Positions 28,686-41,059 of a stretch of 52,788 nt of DNA are shown piece after piece. The notes beneath the pieces are model-generated. The model did no database searches, was not told where the DNA came from, and worked only from the letters and a program-made list of their open reading frames with translations. Position 1 is the first letter of the stretch. Each line of letters begins with the position of its first letter. The position numbers were made by a program, and so were the translations under genes. Source of the DNA: Octopus bimaculoides (Eukaryota); contig NC_068997.1 of NCBI RefSeq assembly GCF_001194135.2, positions 17,750,046-17,802,833 of the forward strand, in the 5' to 3' direction.

Positions 28686-28837
28686 ATCTATCTATCTATC
28701 TACTCATTTATCTACCATCTTTCTATCTCTGTATTTAACTATTTGTCTGTGTATGTATATGTTTATCTTTCCATGAATCTCTCTCTATCACTTTATCTCT
28801 CTCTCTGATTATCTGTCTATACATCTCTCTCTCTCTC

Positions 28838-28871
<34 letters not shown>

Positions 28872-28874
28872 CAA

Positions 28875-28967
<93 letters not shown>

Positions 28968-29750
28968 CTATCTGTCAATCCTCTATATATGTCTGCCTAA
29001 CTATGTATATGCGTGTATGTTCCTCGGTCTATCTACGTATCTGTCTATCAATTTCGTTGTCTATGGTTCTATCCGGCTCTTTTTCATTTACCCAGGTCCA
29101 CACATACATACGGGCACATAACAAATGCTCAGCACACGCATACACCCAGTCTCAGAGAATATACTCATATAGAGAAGAAAATGCACACGTATGTGTGTGT
29201 ATGCACATATACATACACGTGTGTATATATATATACATACATATTTTTTCTACAACTATATCTTATTATACGCATACATATATTTATGTGTGTATATGTG
29301 TGTATTTACTAACAGACATATACTTATACACACAATCATAAACGCGCACACACATATCTATGTACATACAATACGTATTTCCTCCGTCCATTTTACACTT
29401 TGCATTACATGCGTATCTAAACATCTCACTTCACCCTTTCCTTTCTCTCCGTCTTCTTCACATTCCCTCTCTGTACTCTTCAATTTCTTCCTCAACGATC
29501 GCCATATTCGTTTTACATATGTTTCTATATTTTTCTCTGTTCCTGCCGCATGTCCTTTGTTGAAAACACCTCTGACAGCTAACTTCTTCGCCTACATTTC
29601 GACCAGGTCTGCTGATGGTATTCACAGAGGGACAAATAATGGAGAAGGGATGAGTAAAAGCAAAAAAGAAACATGAAAAATATATAGATAAATTAAATTG
29701 AATTAAACAAAATATGTCGACTTGGCACACAAAGGTCGCTGTAAGCAGAC

Positions 29751-29812
<62 letters not shown>

Positions 29813-32800
29813 GTATATGTGTGTATGTGTTCGTGTGTGTACGAAAGTTGTGTACGGGAGCGTACATGCATACTTATATATAAGCGTGTGTGTGTGTACA
29901 CATAAACAGGAAAAATGAAGGACAGAGATAAGGTAACAGAGGGAGAAAGGGGTGAGATCAATTGAGGAAGCAAGGACATCAAAGAGAATACGAGGTGTAT
30001 GCATACACATACACACGGCAATTAATGCATGTGAATGTGTTATTCTGCATGTGTGTGTGTGTATGTGTGCCTGTATACGTATATATATATATATNNNNNN
30101 NNNNNNNNNNNNNNNNNNNNNNNNNNNNNNNNNNNNNNNNNNNNNNNNNNNNNNNNNNNNNNNNNNNNNNNNNNNNNNNNNNNNNNNNNNNNNNNNNNNN
30201 NNNNNNNNNNNNNNNNNNNNNNNNNNNNNNNNNNNNNNNNNNNNNNNNNNNNNNNNNNNNNNNNNNNNNNNNNNNNNNNNNNNNNNNNNNNNNNNNNNNN
30301 NNNNNNNNNNNNNNNNNNNNNNNNNNNNNNNNNNNNNNNNNNNNNNNNNNNNNNNNNNNNNNNNNNNNNNNNNNNNNNNNNNNNNNNNNNNNNNNNNNNN
30401 NNNNNNNNNNNNNNNNNNNNNNNNNNNNNNNNNNNNNNNNNNNNNNNNNNNNNNNNNNNNNNNNNNNNNNNNNNNNNNNNNNNNNNNNNNNNNNNNNNNN
30501 NNNNNNNNNNNNNNNNNNNNNNNNNNNNNNNNNNNNNNNNNNNNNNNNNNNNNNNNNNNNNNNNNNNNNNNNNNNNNNNNNNNNNNNNNNNNNNNNNNNN
30601 NNNNNNNNNNNNNNNNNNNNNNNNNNNNNNNNNNNNNNNNNNNNNNNNNNNNNNNNNNNNNNNNNNNNNNNNNNNNNNNNNNNNNNNNNNNNNNNNNNNN
30701 NNNNNNNNNNNNNNNNNNNNNNNNNNNNNNNNNNNNNNNNNNNNNNNNNNNNNNNNNNNNNNNNNNNNNNNNNNNNNNNNNNNNNNNNNNNNNNNNNNNN
30801 NNNNNNNNNNNNNNNNNNNNNNNNNNNNNNNNNNNNNNNNNNNNNNNNNNNNNNNNNNNNNNNNNNNNNNNNNNNNNNNNNNNNNNNNNNNNNNNNNNNN
30901 NNNNNNNNNNNNNNNNNNNNNNNNNNNNNNNNNNNNNNNNNNNNNNNNNNNNNNNNNNNNNNNNNNNNNNNNNNNNNNATATATATATATATATACTATA
31001 TACATTTATGGATATGCACTTGATTGGCAAAAGAAACAGACAATACATAAAAAAAGACCCAAACCAGCAAGAGCGAGAGTCATTTACATAGGTGGGAGGA
31101 GAAACACCCAGTTGGAGAAAGCAAATGCTGAACGAGAATGAAATAAGTATTTTCACCGAAGTAGATACGTAGAGAGTCAAACATATTAACATAAACAAAA
31201 CGACTAACACACGGACTAACTGACAGTGTCACAGAAAGATATGAGGATTAGATTGTTACATAGATACATTGACACATATATACATGGCTAGATACACGGA
31301 TGCATACATATACATATATATAATTACAAATGTCTATTGACTGGAAGAATAAAAAAAGAAAGCAGTATCAAAAAGAAAACAGGAATATAGATATATTTTT
31401 AGGGGTATTTTTGCTACAGGCATATATATATATATATATANNNNNNNNNNNNNNNNNNNNNNNNNNNNNNNNNNNNNNNNNNNNNNNNNNNNNNNNNNNN
31501 NNNNNNNNNNNNNNNNNNNNNNNNNNNNNNNNNNNNNNNNNNNNNNNNNNNNNNNNNNNNNNNNNNNNNNNNNNNNNNNNNNNNNNNNNNNNNNNNNNNN
31601 NNNNNNNNNNNNNNNNNNNNNNNNNNNNNNNNNNNNNNNNNNNNNNNNNNNNNNNNNNNNNNNNNNNNNNNNNNNNNNNNNNNNNNNNNNNNNNNNNNNN
31701 NNNNNNNNNNNNNNNNNNNNNNNNNNNNNNNNNNNNNNNNNNNNNNNNNNNNNNNNNNNNNNNNNNNNNNNNNNNNNNNNNNNNNNNNNNNNNNNNNNNN
31801 NNNNNNNNNNNNNNNNNNNNNNNNNNNNNNNNNNNNNNNNNNNNNNNNNNNNNNNNNNNNNNNNNNNNNNCAAGGTGGTGTTGAATATAAATAAGGACCA
31901 TTTCTTCATAAAGTTCTAAACTTCAGCAATAGAGGCTTATGGAGAAAGCGAGAGAGAGAGAGGGGGGATAGAGCCAAATACAGATATGTCAACGTACAAC
32001 ATAAACCCTTGACATGTGTATATAACATATATATGGGGGTGGGGTATTACGTACTTAACTATCTACTTGCGACTTCATATGTAGATATGCGTGTCGCTGA
32101 CCCTTGTGATTAAAATATCTGAGAAATTTCAACTTACATTTGTTTTTTTTTTTCACGATTTAAATGTTCCGCGTTTTTGATTTGTCATTAATTAAAAAAT
32201 AATTCCATTTCTGACACAAGACACTTTTCACTTTTTGAAAGAAAAGTTTGCGGGGACACTCCAGGTTTGATTAAATTTTACATCGAAATAGCTTTTAAAT
32301 TAAGTGCTTTGGGGCAATATATCCTGTGTTTTTTTCACTCCTCATTTAATTTAATAACCATAAAGTAGGGTGAGGAAGAGAGTACGTCCACAAAATTAAG
32401 AGACCCACCAACGGGTAGGGAGAGTAATGTTTGTTGACTTTCATTTGGGAGAATTGATAACTGGTGGGTGTTCTCGAGAAGGAAGAATGGGCGTTGATAG
32501 GGAGATAACATAGGAGAAGAGTGGAAGGTCTTCGTTAGCAATTGTATGAAGCTATTTAGTTGTAATGAGTAAAAAGCGTTAGAGTAAGAACAGAGTTTCT
32601 TACACAACAGACTTGAAGCTGGCGTGTGTTGGCAATGGTAACTTTGCTAACCGTAAGAAAAAGCTTTCTTTAAGATGTGTCAAGAACCACCCAAAGTCGT
32701 GGAAGCAGAATTACAAAATTAAACAGTAAATGCTCGGAGCTGCGCTGTACTTCACGGTGAAGATAAGAAAAGTCTTAGAGAAAAATGATTTTTGGTATAA

Positions 32801-32917
32801 ATCTGATATTGTCAGGGATAATATGAATCTTAGCATTTATTAACATGTTCGCGGTTTATCGTTTCCTAAGCATCTGCGTGTTAAAGGCTAAAGCAATGGA
32901 AGTAATTGAAGTATATG

Positions 32918-32918
<1 letters not shown>

Positions 32919-32959
<41 letters not shown>
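32919..32959. repeat. (TTA)n tract = 3' tail / target of the adjacent R4/Dong-type LINE
   Basis: Direct inspection; contiguous with the LINE 3' end once the inserted SINE and one TSD copy are removed. Confidence 0.85.
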
Positions 32960-32962
<3 letters not shown>

Positions 32963-32966
32963 TAGT

Positions 32967-33272
32967 AAAACGGTGAGCTGCCAGAATCGTTAGGAAGTTG
33001 GAAGAAATGCCTAGCACTTCTCTCTTCTTCGTAAAGGACCGCGTCCGTGGAATCGGCTCGTCCAGAGATGCGGATATGGTGCCTGTGGAGCGCCGCATCT
33101 CGGGCGGCGTCCGGTGCGCTCTCGTCTGGTGCGCCCGTCGCTACGTTCTGGGTTCAAATTCCACCGAGGTCGATTTTTCCCTTCACCCTTTCGAGGTCGA
33201 TAAATTAGATACCAGCTGACTTAACCCCTTCCAGAAAATTTCAGGTCTTGTGACTATGGGAGAAAGGATTAA
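32967..33272 (+). mobile_element. tRNA-derived SINE, family A, with 14-bp TSD, an internal 112-bp GC-rich insert and a short internal deletion
   Basis: TSD TATTATTCAGTAGT at 32953-32966 and 33273-33286. A-box-like AGCTGCCAGAATCGTTAG, B-box GGGTTCAAATTCC, core GAGGTCGATTTTTCCCTTCACCCTTTCGAGGTCGATAAATTAGATACCAG. Confidence 0.92.
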
Positions 33273-33280
33273 TATTATTC

Positions 33281-34215
33281 AGTAGTCTTATTCTTATCCT
33301 GTGCTTTCACGGCACTGCCGAGCACAGATCTGTGTGCCTTGAGTCCATGCTGTGGTGTTCTTTTCAGTTTTGAAAGTGCTTTACGTAGAGAGTGCGTGGT
33401 ACCCAGTTGTGCTACTTTCTGTGTGTTATATATACATTCGTAAGTCCTGATATTTTGGTCATGTATTTGTATGATGAATGTATTTGTATGATGAATACCT
33501 AATGTACCTATTATCGTTTTTTTTGTTGTTAGAATCCACGTTCGGATTACGTCTAATTCCAGATCTTCGTATTGTGAGAGTTTCTCTGTTTTTTAGAGAC
33601 ACATTGTCATCTGTTGGTATTGATACATCGATTAGAGGGTATTTTTTTCTTGATCTCTATCTGTATTTATTGGCATATGCCTGAGAATGGCTGCTTATCA
33701 TTTTCTGACACCTTTTCTGGGGTGTGCCTATACCATCTTTTTCCTGTTGTCATTCCATAGTGTTGGCATGGCTTCCAGCGTATACAGGTCCCAAATCTGT
33801 CATGTCTGTGGATTCATTCCTTCTTAGCTAGGAGTGTGAAGCCAATGACAATATGATTTACTGTTTTTCCCAATCATCACATATTCTGCAATTACTTAAA
33901 TATTCCTTTTATGTGTTTCAGGTAATTTCTGGTGGGAAGGCTCTGATCTTGTGCTGCAATTAAAAATCCTTCAGCCTCTGCTTTGAGTCTTGAGCTTCTC
34001 AGCCATTGTTGGGATTTTAGTTTGTCCAGTTCTTTTCTGTTTAGCTTATCCCAATATTTGTCACGCAATGGCTTTTCTTCGCATCGTTTTCTCACGATAC
34101 TTTGTTCCAGTTATAGTTTGGGTTTCAGTAGTTCTACAGTTTTTGTTGTTTCCTCTTGTTTCTTTTCATAGTTTCGTTTCATAGTTCTTTCAAGTACCAT
34201 GACATCTTTTTGCAT
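33281..34215 (-). mobile_element. 5'-truncated, disabled R4/Dong-clade non-LTR retrotransposon (zinc knuckle plus restriction-like endonuclease C-terminus)
   Basis: Minus-strand translation across frameshifts: WLRSSRLKAEAEGFLIAAQDQSLPTRNY, CRICD..TVNHIVIG, HRHDRFGTCIRW..CQHYG, WYRHTPEKV, LIDVSIPTDDNV..EKLSQYEDLELDV..W, KVAQLGTTHSLRKAL. These are characteristic of RLE-bearing R4/Dong ORF ends. (TAA)n at both ends. Confidence 0.9.
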
Positions 34216-34237
34216 TATTAATATTATTATTATTATC

Positions 34238-34318
<81 letters not shown>

Positions 34319-34352
34319 ATTATTATTATTATCATTATTACTTATTATTAAT
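34214..34352. repeat. (TTA)n/(ATC) tract at the 5'-truncated end of the R4/Dong LINE
   Basis: Direct inspection. Confidence 0.95.
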
Positions 34353-34924
34353 ATCCTCCTCCTCCTCCTCCTCATCATATATATATATATAGGCATACAT
34401 GCGTGTATGTGCCTGTTTATATCTCTATCGATAAATACACACATATGGACACTCACTCACATGAGGGATACAGTCCACATAAATCCCTACGCTATGTCAC
34501 ACTTAGTGACACACCTTGTTAAAAATCCTAGAAAATTAAAATATATCTTAAATACCTATTAATTATTTTCTGGGCCCTGCGGATTGTGAGGCCCTAAGCT
34601 GTAGCATGATTATCCTGTCGCAAATTCCAGCAAAGTGTATATTTGTGTGGAAGAGAGTGTATGTTACTCTTCGTATGTGTGCGAGCATCTGCGTGTGTGT
34701 GTGATTATGTGTGAGAATGGGTTTTTGTATGTATGCTCGTGCTTGTCTGCGTTTCTTGGTAGTACACAAACATTTAATTAACAAGGAAAATCTTAACTCA
34801 ATTAATGGAGACATTTATTTGTTTGCTAATTGGGCTCAAAAACATATTCGATGTTTATGGAGCTATGACCAAAGACTATATAGAAATTGATGAACGGAAA
34901 AATTGTGCACTGTAATATATATAC

Positions 34925-34973
<49 letters not shown>

Positions 34974-35581
34974 TATACCCGCACACGTTCATATGTGTGT
35001 GTGTGTGTGTCCAACAAATCCAACAATTACGAATTATATATAGTAAATGTATAAAGTTGAAATGGCACCACACAGACATCAATTTAGTTCTCGCACGAGT
35101 TGGAGATTGTAGCATCTTTAACTTTTAGTATAATTTTTTTCAATCAACTGATTTTCGTGATATATTCAATGAGAGTGTAGGAAAAAAAAAGAACACAATG
35201 TACATCGCTGTTTGTGTGAACGTATGCGATTTTGTTAATGTGTACATGTGCCACGAAATATCTGCTGTGTATACCTACGTCAATATATGCGTATTTTGAA
35301 TGTATGTATGTATGTGGATGTGTGTGTGTGTGTGTGTGTGTACTTGTATGTGTGTGTGTGTGTGTGTGTGAATATTTGTGTGTGAATGTATATATGTATA
35401 TATCTAAGAACCACACGTATCAATATAAGAACACGCGGTCTGCCGCACACACACTTTCAATACTTATAATCAAGGTAAACGAATTTTGCCAATTAACACG
35501 CACGCACTCAGTCACACAAACTAATATATATATATATGTATATATATGTATATGTATATATGTATATACATATATATGTGT

Positions 35582-35613
<32 letters not shown>

Positions 35614-37633
35614 NNNNNNNNNNNNNNNNNNNNNNNNNNNNNNNNNNNNNNNNNNNNNNNNNNNNNNNNNNNNNNNNNNNNNNNNNNNNNNNNNNNNNNN
35701 NNNNNNNNNNNNNNNNNNNNNNNNNNNNNNNNNNNNNNNNNNNNNNNNNNNNNNNNNNNNNNNNNNNNNNNNNNNNNNNNNNNTATATATGTATATATGT
35801 ATATATGTATGTATGTATGTATATGAAATATGAATATTTCTGCTTGTATAAGCCATTTGATTATGACGAAGCATACGTTCACACATACACATGTATATAC
35901 ACACAATAACTACTATCATATATACATACATATATAAATACTAAAATAAATACAAATATAGGTATGTGTGCTTATACACATTTCGTAAAGCGATAAAGAG
36001 AAATTACGACAAAATATCTTAGAGCGAAATTTCGGTGATTTAATGAAGATTTTATTATTTTTTTTCTTATTCTTTGTGTTAAAACTTCAAATGGTCTATA
36101 TATGAGTGAGGATGTCTCTTTAATTAATCTTAGTATTTAATTTTAATGAGAATATTTTGTAGTTTTAGCTTAAAGCGGATTCAGTAACAAGGATACTACG
36201 TATAGTTCGTCGTCTTTCTAAAATTGCTCTTCTACAGAAGCATATCTGCGTGTGAACATATATGTAAAGTCACACAGACATACACACAAAGATATATATG
36301 TATACATACACACACACAACTACACACACACATATATATATATTTATATAAGTATGTGTGTGTGTGTGTGCGTGTATATGAGTGTGTGTATACATTAGTA
36401 TAGTTTATCGAGGTTTCTTCTAGAGACACTAGAGCGTCGGGTTAGGTACCAACGAACGCCTCGTAGTATTTGTTTCTGCTCGTTCGGCTTCGTGTTCGTT
36501 TACCTTGGTTGGTGGGCTGGATTTTTCGCTTAATCTTTGGAAATTTGATAGCAGTGTTGCCACTCATGACGATAAATTGCCGGAACAGTTGCGGTAACAG
36601 TTACGTTTTCTGTTCAAAACCCGGACAGTGGCAACCTCGGAAGAAGACTATTGTATCCAGCTACATCGCACTAATCTTTCTAACGTCGTGAGTGACATAT
36701 ACTTGATTACACTAGTACAGGTGAAAAGAAATTTATATGAAAGCATATTTATAGTTTACTATTTCTCTATGTATCTATCTATCTATCTATCTAGGCATTG
36801 AAATTCATTTATTCTTTTCAACAAATAATGTTGTACCTAAAATCTCTCTAATTAACAAAAAGAAAATCATTCAGTTTCTTGCATTACCACTTTTGAATCC
36901 TCTCTCACATTCATTAACATACACACACATAGACACTCTCACACTCTCACAGTCTAACAAACACTCACACGCATATGTGTGCACCTATACATGCTCCCTG
37001 GTATTCTACACTTTATTGCAAAATGCTATAATCTTGAGAAAAACTTCCAAGAAACAAATTACTAATTAGTGAAATTATATTAAAAAAAAAACATAACAGT
37101 TAAGCTTTGCCTCTGGTATTTGTCTCATCACAAAAATGTCTTTAATTCTTTGCTTCAAGCTTTTGCCCTAAGACAATTCCAGTTCTTATAAAACCTTTGA
37201 TTTTTTTAAAATAATTTTGAAATGGAAACGTAAATAAAATTTCTTTAAAAAAATTTTAAGAGCACGAAAAGTTTTGAAATCTAATGAGAATGACTTGGAA
37301 TGTTGCCGCCAATTTACGCGAGATTTACAAATAGATCTATGGAACTATCCAGCGATTTCTTTACCAATTACAAGAATATCAAGATGCAATATCATTTATT
37401 ATTATTATTAATGTGCGTATGTGTGTGTGTTTGTGTGTGAAATAGATCATTAGTTTCTCATATCATATTGAATAAGCTTCGTTCGATAATTAGCAATATC
37501 TATGCATGTCTGTATGGGTATATGTATGTTTGTATGTATGTGTATGTGTAGGAAATATCAGCCGCCTATTGTAGCCTTTAGACGGAATAAGAACATAAGA
37601 TAATTATTAACCTGTATTCCTGACTCCAAGAAA

Positions 37634-38061
37634 ATGAACATTGCAGTATCTGCACGCTGTACCTTGAAACGCAGCCGCAGGAGAGGTAAGCCTAGTTCAT
37701 TGTACAGCATCATGAGTCAAGTGAATTCTATCAGAAATCATAACAGAAATGTTATGATTTATACAGAAGGTGGGACATGTAGAGATTCTCATTCGGTGTA
37801 CGCGGCAGAATGCATGAAACACAACTTGATTTATGTTGGTTGTATAACAGAACAATTAAACATAAGACAGAACTTGCCGAACATTTTGCTTCAAACAGCT
37901 GCAATTTTGAAACAGACTTGAAGGAGCTTATTCTCATAAAATATTCTGAATCTGCTTTGCTTTCGCTCAAAATGCATGAAGAGAAATATGTTTCAAGCCC
38001 TGGAGGAATGACTAAAATGACAGGCGAATATCATCAAATTTGTACAAAATTGTTTGATTAA
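37634..38061 (+). mobile_element. Penelope-like element GIY-YIG endonuclease fragment (frameshifted)
   Basis: TCRDSHSVYAAECMKHNLIYVGCITEQLNIR (GIY-YIG-type VY-x10-YVG with preceding TC), continuing in another frame as ELAEHFASNSCNFETDL...SPGGMTK...TKLFD*, like PLE C-termini. Confidence 0.75.
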
Positions 38062-38415
38062 ATATTCTTCTTTTTCAATTTTATCTTTCCTCTTTTTTCT
38101 GTCTTTTTCTTTTCTTTTCATCTGTTATGAAATTAAAACTGAAAGACTGATGATGTCATTCCATCAACGTATGGAGGCTGGTTACTCTCTTTCATACTTT
38201 AAATTTAAATTTCTATAATTTTGAATTTTTATCACTGCTTATTTTGAACTCGACAAAGACAGGCTTGCAGTCGAAACATGGTTCAACCAATAAAATATTT
38301 CTTACAGTTGCATCACGCTTTTTGTCTTCTCTGTTTACCTTTGTGAAGAGTTACGTCAATCCTTTTAAAATACTAATAATATATATTATTATTATTGTTG
38401 TTGTTGTCATTGTGG

Positions 38416-38483
38416 TTCTTCTTCTTCTTCTTCTTCTTCTTCTTCTTCTTCTTCTTCTTCTTCTTCTTCTTCTTCTTCTTCTT

Positions 38484-38536
<53 letters not shown>
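38416..38536. repeat. (TTC)n-(ATT)n compound microsatellite
   Basis: Direct inspection. Confidence 0.97.
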
Positions 38537-38537
<1 letters not shown>

Positions 38538-38646
38538 ATTCCTGAAATTGTCAGATACACATTTGAATTTAATTGGTTGATTTCACTAACGATCTTTCAG
38601 AATCATATCAAAATATACATTATATGTATAATCACAGTCTTAATTC

Positions 38647-38745
38647 CATTCTAGATCACAACTGCCCGACGAACGGGAACGTGAAACACTGGGATGGATT
38701 TTTTTTTTTGTGATATTTTCTGATGATCTTGCAGCTTTAATAATA
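38647..38745 (+). mobile_element. Decayed copy of the hammerhead-bearing PLE-like terminal repeat
   Basis: ACTGC-CCGACGA-ACG-GGAA-CGT-GAAA at 38661-38686, then TTTTGTGATATTTTCTG...AGCTTTAATAA like the other copies. Stem III and the cleavage site are lost. Confidence 0.75.
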
Positions 38746-40030
38746 TAGCACATTACTCTACCACCGGTATTCAAGTACTATTTTTCTCCGCCTTTCTTTC
38801 AAATTTATGTGCTTACTCACGTACACACATTCACATACGCACACACACACACACATACATACATAAACAGATATATTAGAACGTATCTGTACATGTGTGC
38901 GTATCTATATGTTTTATGTGTGAGTGCCTGTGCCTCTGTGTGTCTGTGTGTGCGTGCGTCCGTGCGTATAAATGACGCAAGAGTGTCAACGACCTGCGTG
39001 ACAATGGATGAGGTCATCATCACCATCAGGTATATTTAAAACAATATATGAAATTCTTATGATGCAGGTAAGGAATGTTGTCTATGACGAGAAAGTTCTC
39101 AATAGTCAAACATTGTATGAGGAGACGTATACCAGTCTGTGAAAATACTTGGAGTTAAAATACCGTAGAAATAACTGTTCAGCATATGCCAAGCTACATA
39201 ATTTCTCTTGCTTCAAGAATAGAACATGCTGGTACTCATATGAACCTGCCTGTCTTATAAAATGACATAGTTTTGCGCATAGACATGCTACCAGGTAAAA
39301 CATATTAAACTTGACATCGTTTTCTAGGACAAATCTGAAACTGGCGTACAAACTATTGACACAGTAATATCAAATGGCTGTGATGCTCTGCTGTTGTTAT
39401 ATGAAGACTGAGACATTTCACTGAACTAGCTGTTGAATTAGAAACATTATAGCAGCTGCAAATGTTTCTCTTAACCCATCAGTAAATGGCATAATTGGAT
39501 AGACAAATATACCAGTACATAGATTTACACGTTACATATAAAAACGGATATAGGTTAATATCTATAACAAATATCTATAATTATATACGCAGGCACCTTC
39601 CAGAACAAAGAATATTACGATTTATAGTTATTGTTAGACCGTACATATACATCAGTTGTTAACGGAAAACGTTATTTAACTCTATCTTCAAATTTTTTTC
39701 TATGACCAAGAAACCCTTACTTTACCTTTTAACACTTTCACGTATGTTATTTAATTCTTGTTCTAGGAAGAGTAACATTTTGACTTGTTGAGTTGGCAGA
39801 ATAACTAGCGTATCTGACAAGATTCTTATCCGCATTACTCTGGGTCTTGATGTTCCAATTCCAAACAACTTCCAGGTCTACATTACCTTCCATTTTTTGG
39901 GGAGTCTCTGCAGGATCAGAGAAATAATGGGTTAGATGTAATCAATTAACCTCATTACCTCTAAAGTTGCTAACCTTGTTCCAAAATTTTAAAACATTAT
40001 TCTTCTTATTTTTCTAATCACAAATTATTG

Positions 40031-40115
40031 CTCAAATTTTGCTGCGGTCGACGTTGCGTTTCCTCCATTCGGAGTTGATAAAATAAGTAACAGTTGAGCC
40101 TGGGGTCCATGTATT
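40031..40115 (+). mobile_element. Internal fragment of SINE family A
   Basis: CAAATTTTGCTGCGGTCGACGTTGCGTTTCCTCCATTCGGAGTTGATAAAATAAGTAACAGTTGAGCCTGGGGTC matches the family core. Confidence 0.8.
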
Positions 40116-41059
40116 CGGTGTATTTCACCGCTCCAGAAATTGCTAGACTCATGATGATAGAATGTCTAAACAGTGTATCTGAACATTGGTGATATGACTT
40201 TAACTTGAACTACAGTTGTCGCATGTAGAACGTGTCTAGTTAACAAACAAATCAACCTGTGATTGCCCCATCACCTTTTGGTATCCGGAAGTTTTTGTCC
40301 AGGTATTTTGAAAATGAACGTATTTTGAATATAATCGAAAGCATTGGAAGCAAACACTTTCTTTTAAGCTGAACATATCTTTGACATGTTTACGTGGAAC
40401 TCAAGAACATGATATTGCAAAGGGAAACATCAGTCGCCCTTGAAATTACTGAAAATCTGTGAGAGCTATGAGCATGGTCTCCTGGAATGTACCTACTCTC
40501 AGTTTGCGTCAGTTAAATGGGGACACGGATGGAAGAGGGCACTTGTCGTTGATAATCAAGATAACCGTGACTTTGAGGGCTTCTTTGACTCGCCCTTTGT
40601 TGTTTGTACCTAACTGGAGCATGTATCTTCTATTTTTATTTTCTTATCCTATGGCTGTGTTTATCATTATTGATTCTATGACCATCAGCAGAGCCGCACT
40701 GTTTGGTAATTCGTCGTTTTTTTGCCCCTTTATCTTCTTCTTCTCCAGCCTTATCGCACAAGTTTTATGTTGCTGTTGCTTACGTTATTAATGTTAGGTA
40801 TAAATGAGTACTGTCGTTGTGATTTATAGTTGGTTAATGTTATATAATATGTTGTTCAATGACGTCAACGCCATTTCGCTTACATCATCTGAGCAATCAC
40901 TAAACAAATATATGAGACTATAATATTAAATGCAACAATATACAATTATAGAGCGTCTCGAAAATTATTTCTATTATAGAATGGTAGAAAAAGAGAAAGG
41001 TTACGTTTAATTGAATGCTATAAGCTAAAGCAAGAAATACTCAATAAAAATGTAGCGCG

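Noticed and set aside
38140-38190. CTGATGA downstream of the GIY-YIG stop as a second hammerhead
   Set aside because: No correctly placed GAAA, stem III or stem I.
39770-40800. Several short non-repetitive open frames (e.g. 40459..40791 + and minus-strand frames near 39800-39910)
   Set aside because: No identifiable family motif or consistent exon chain.
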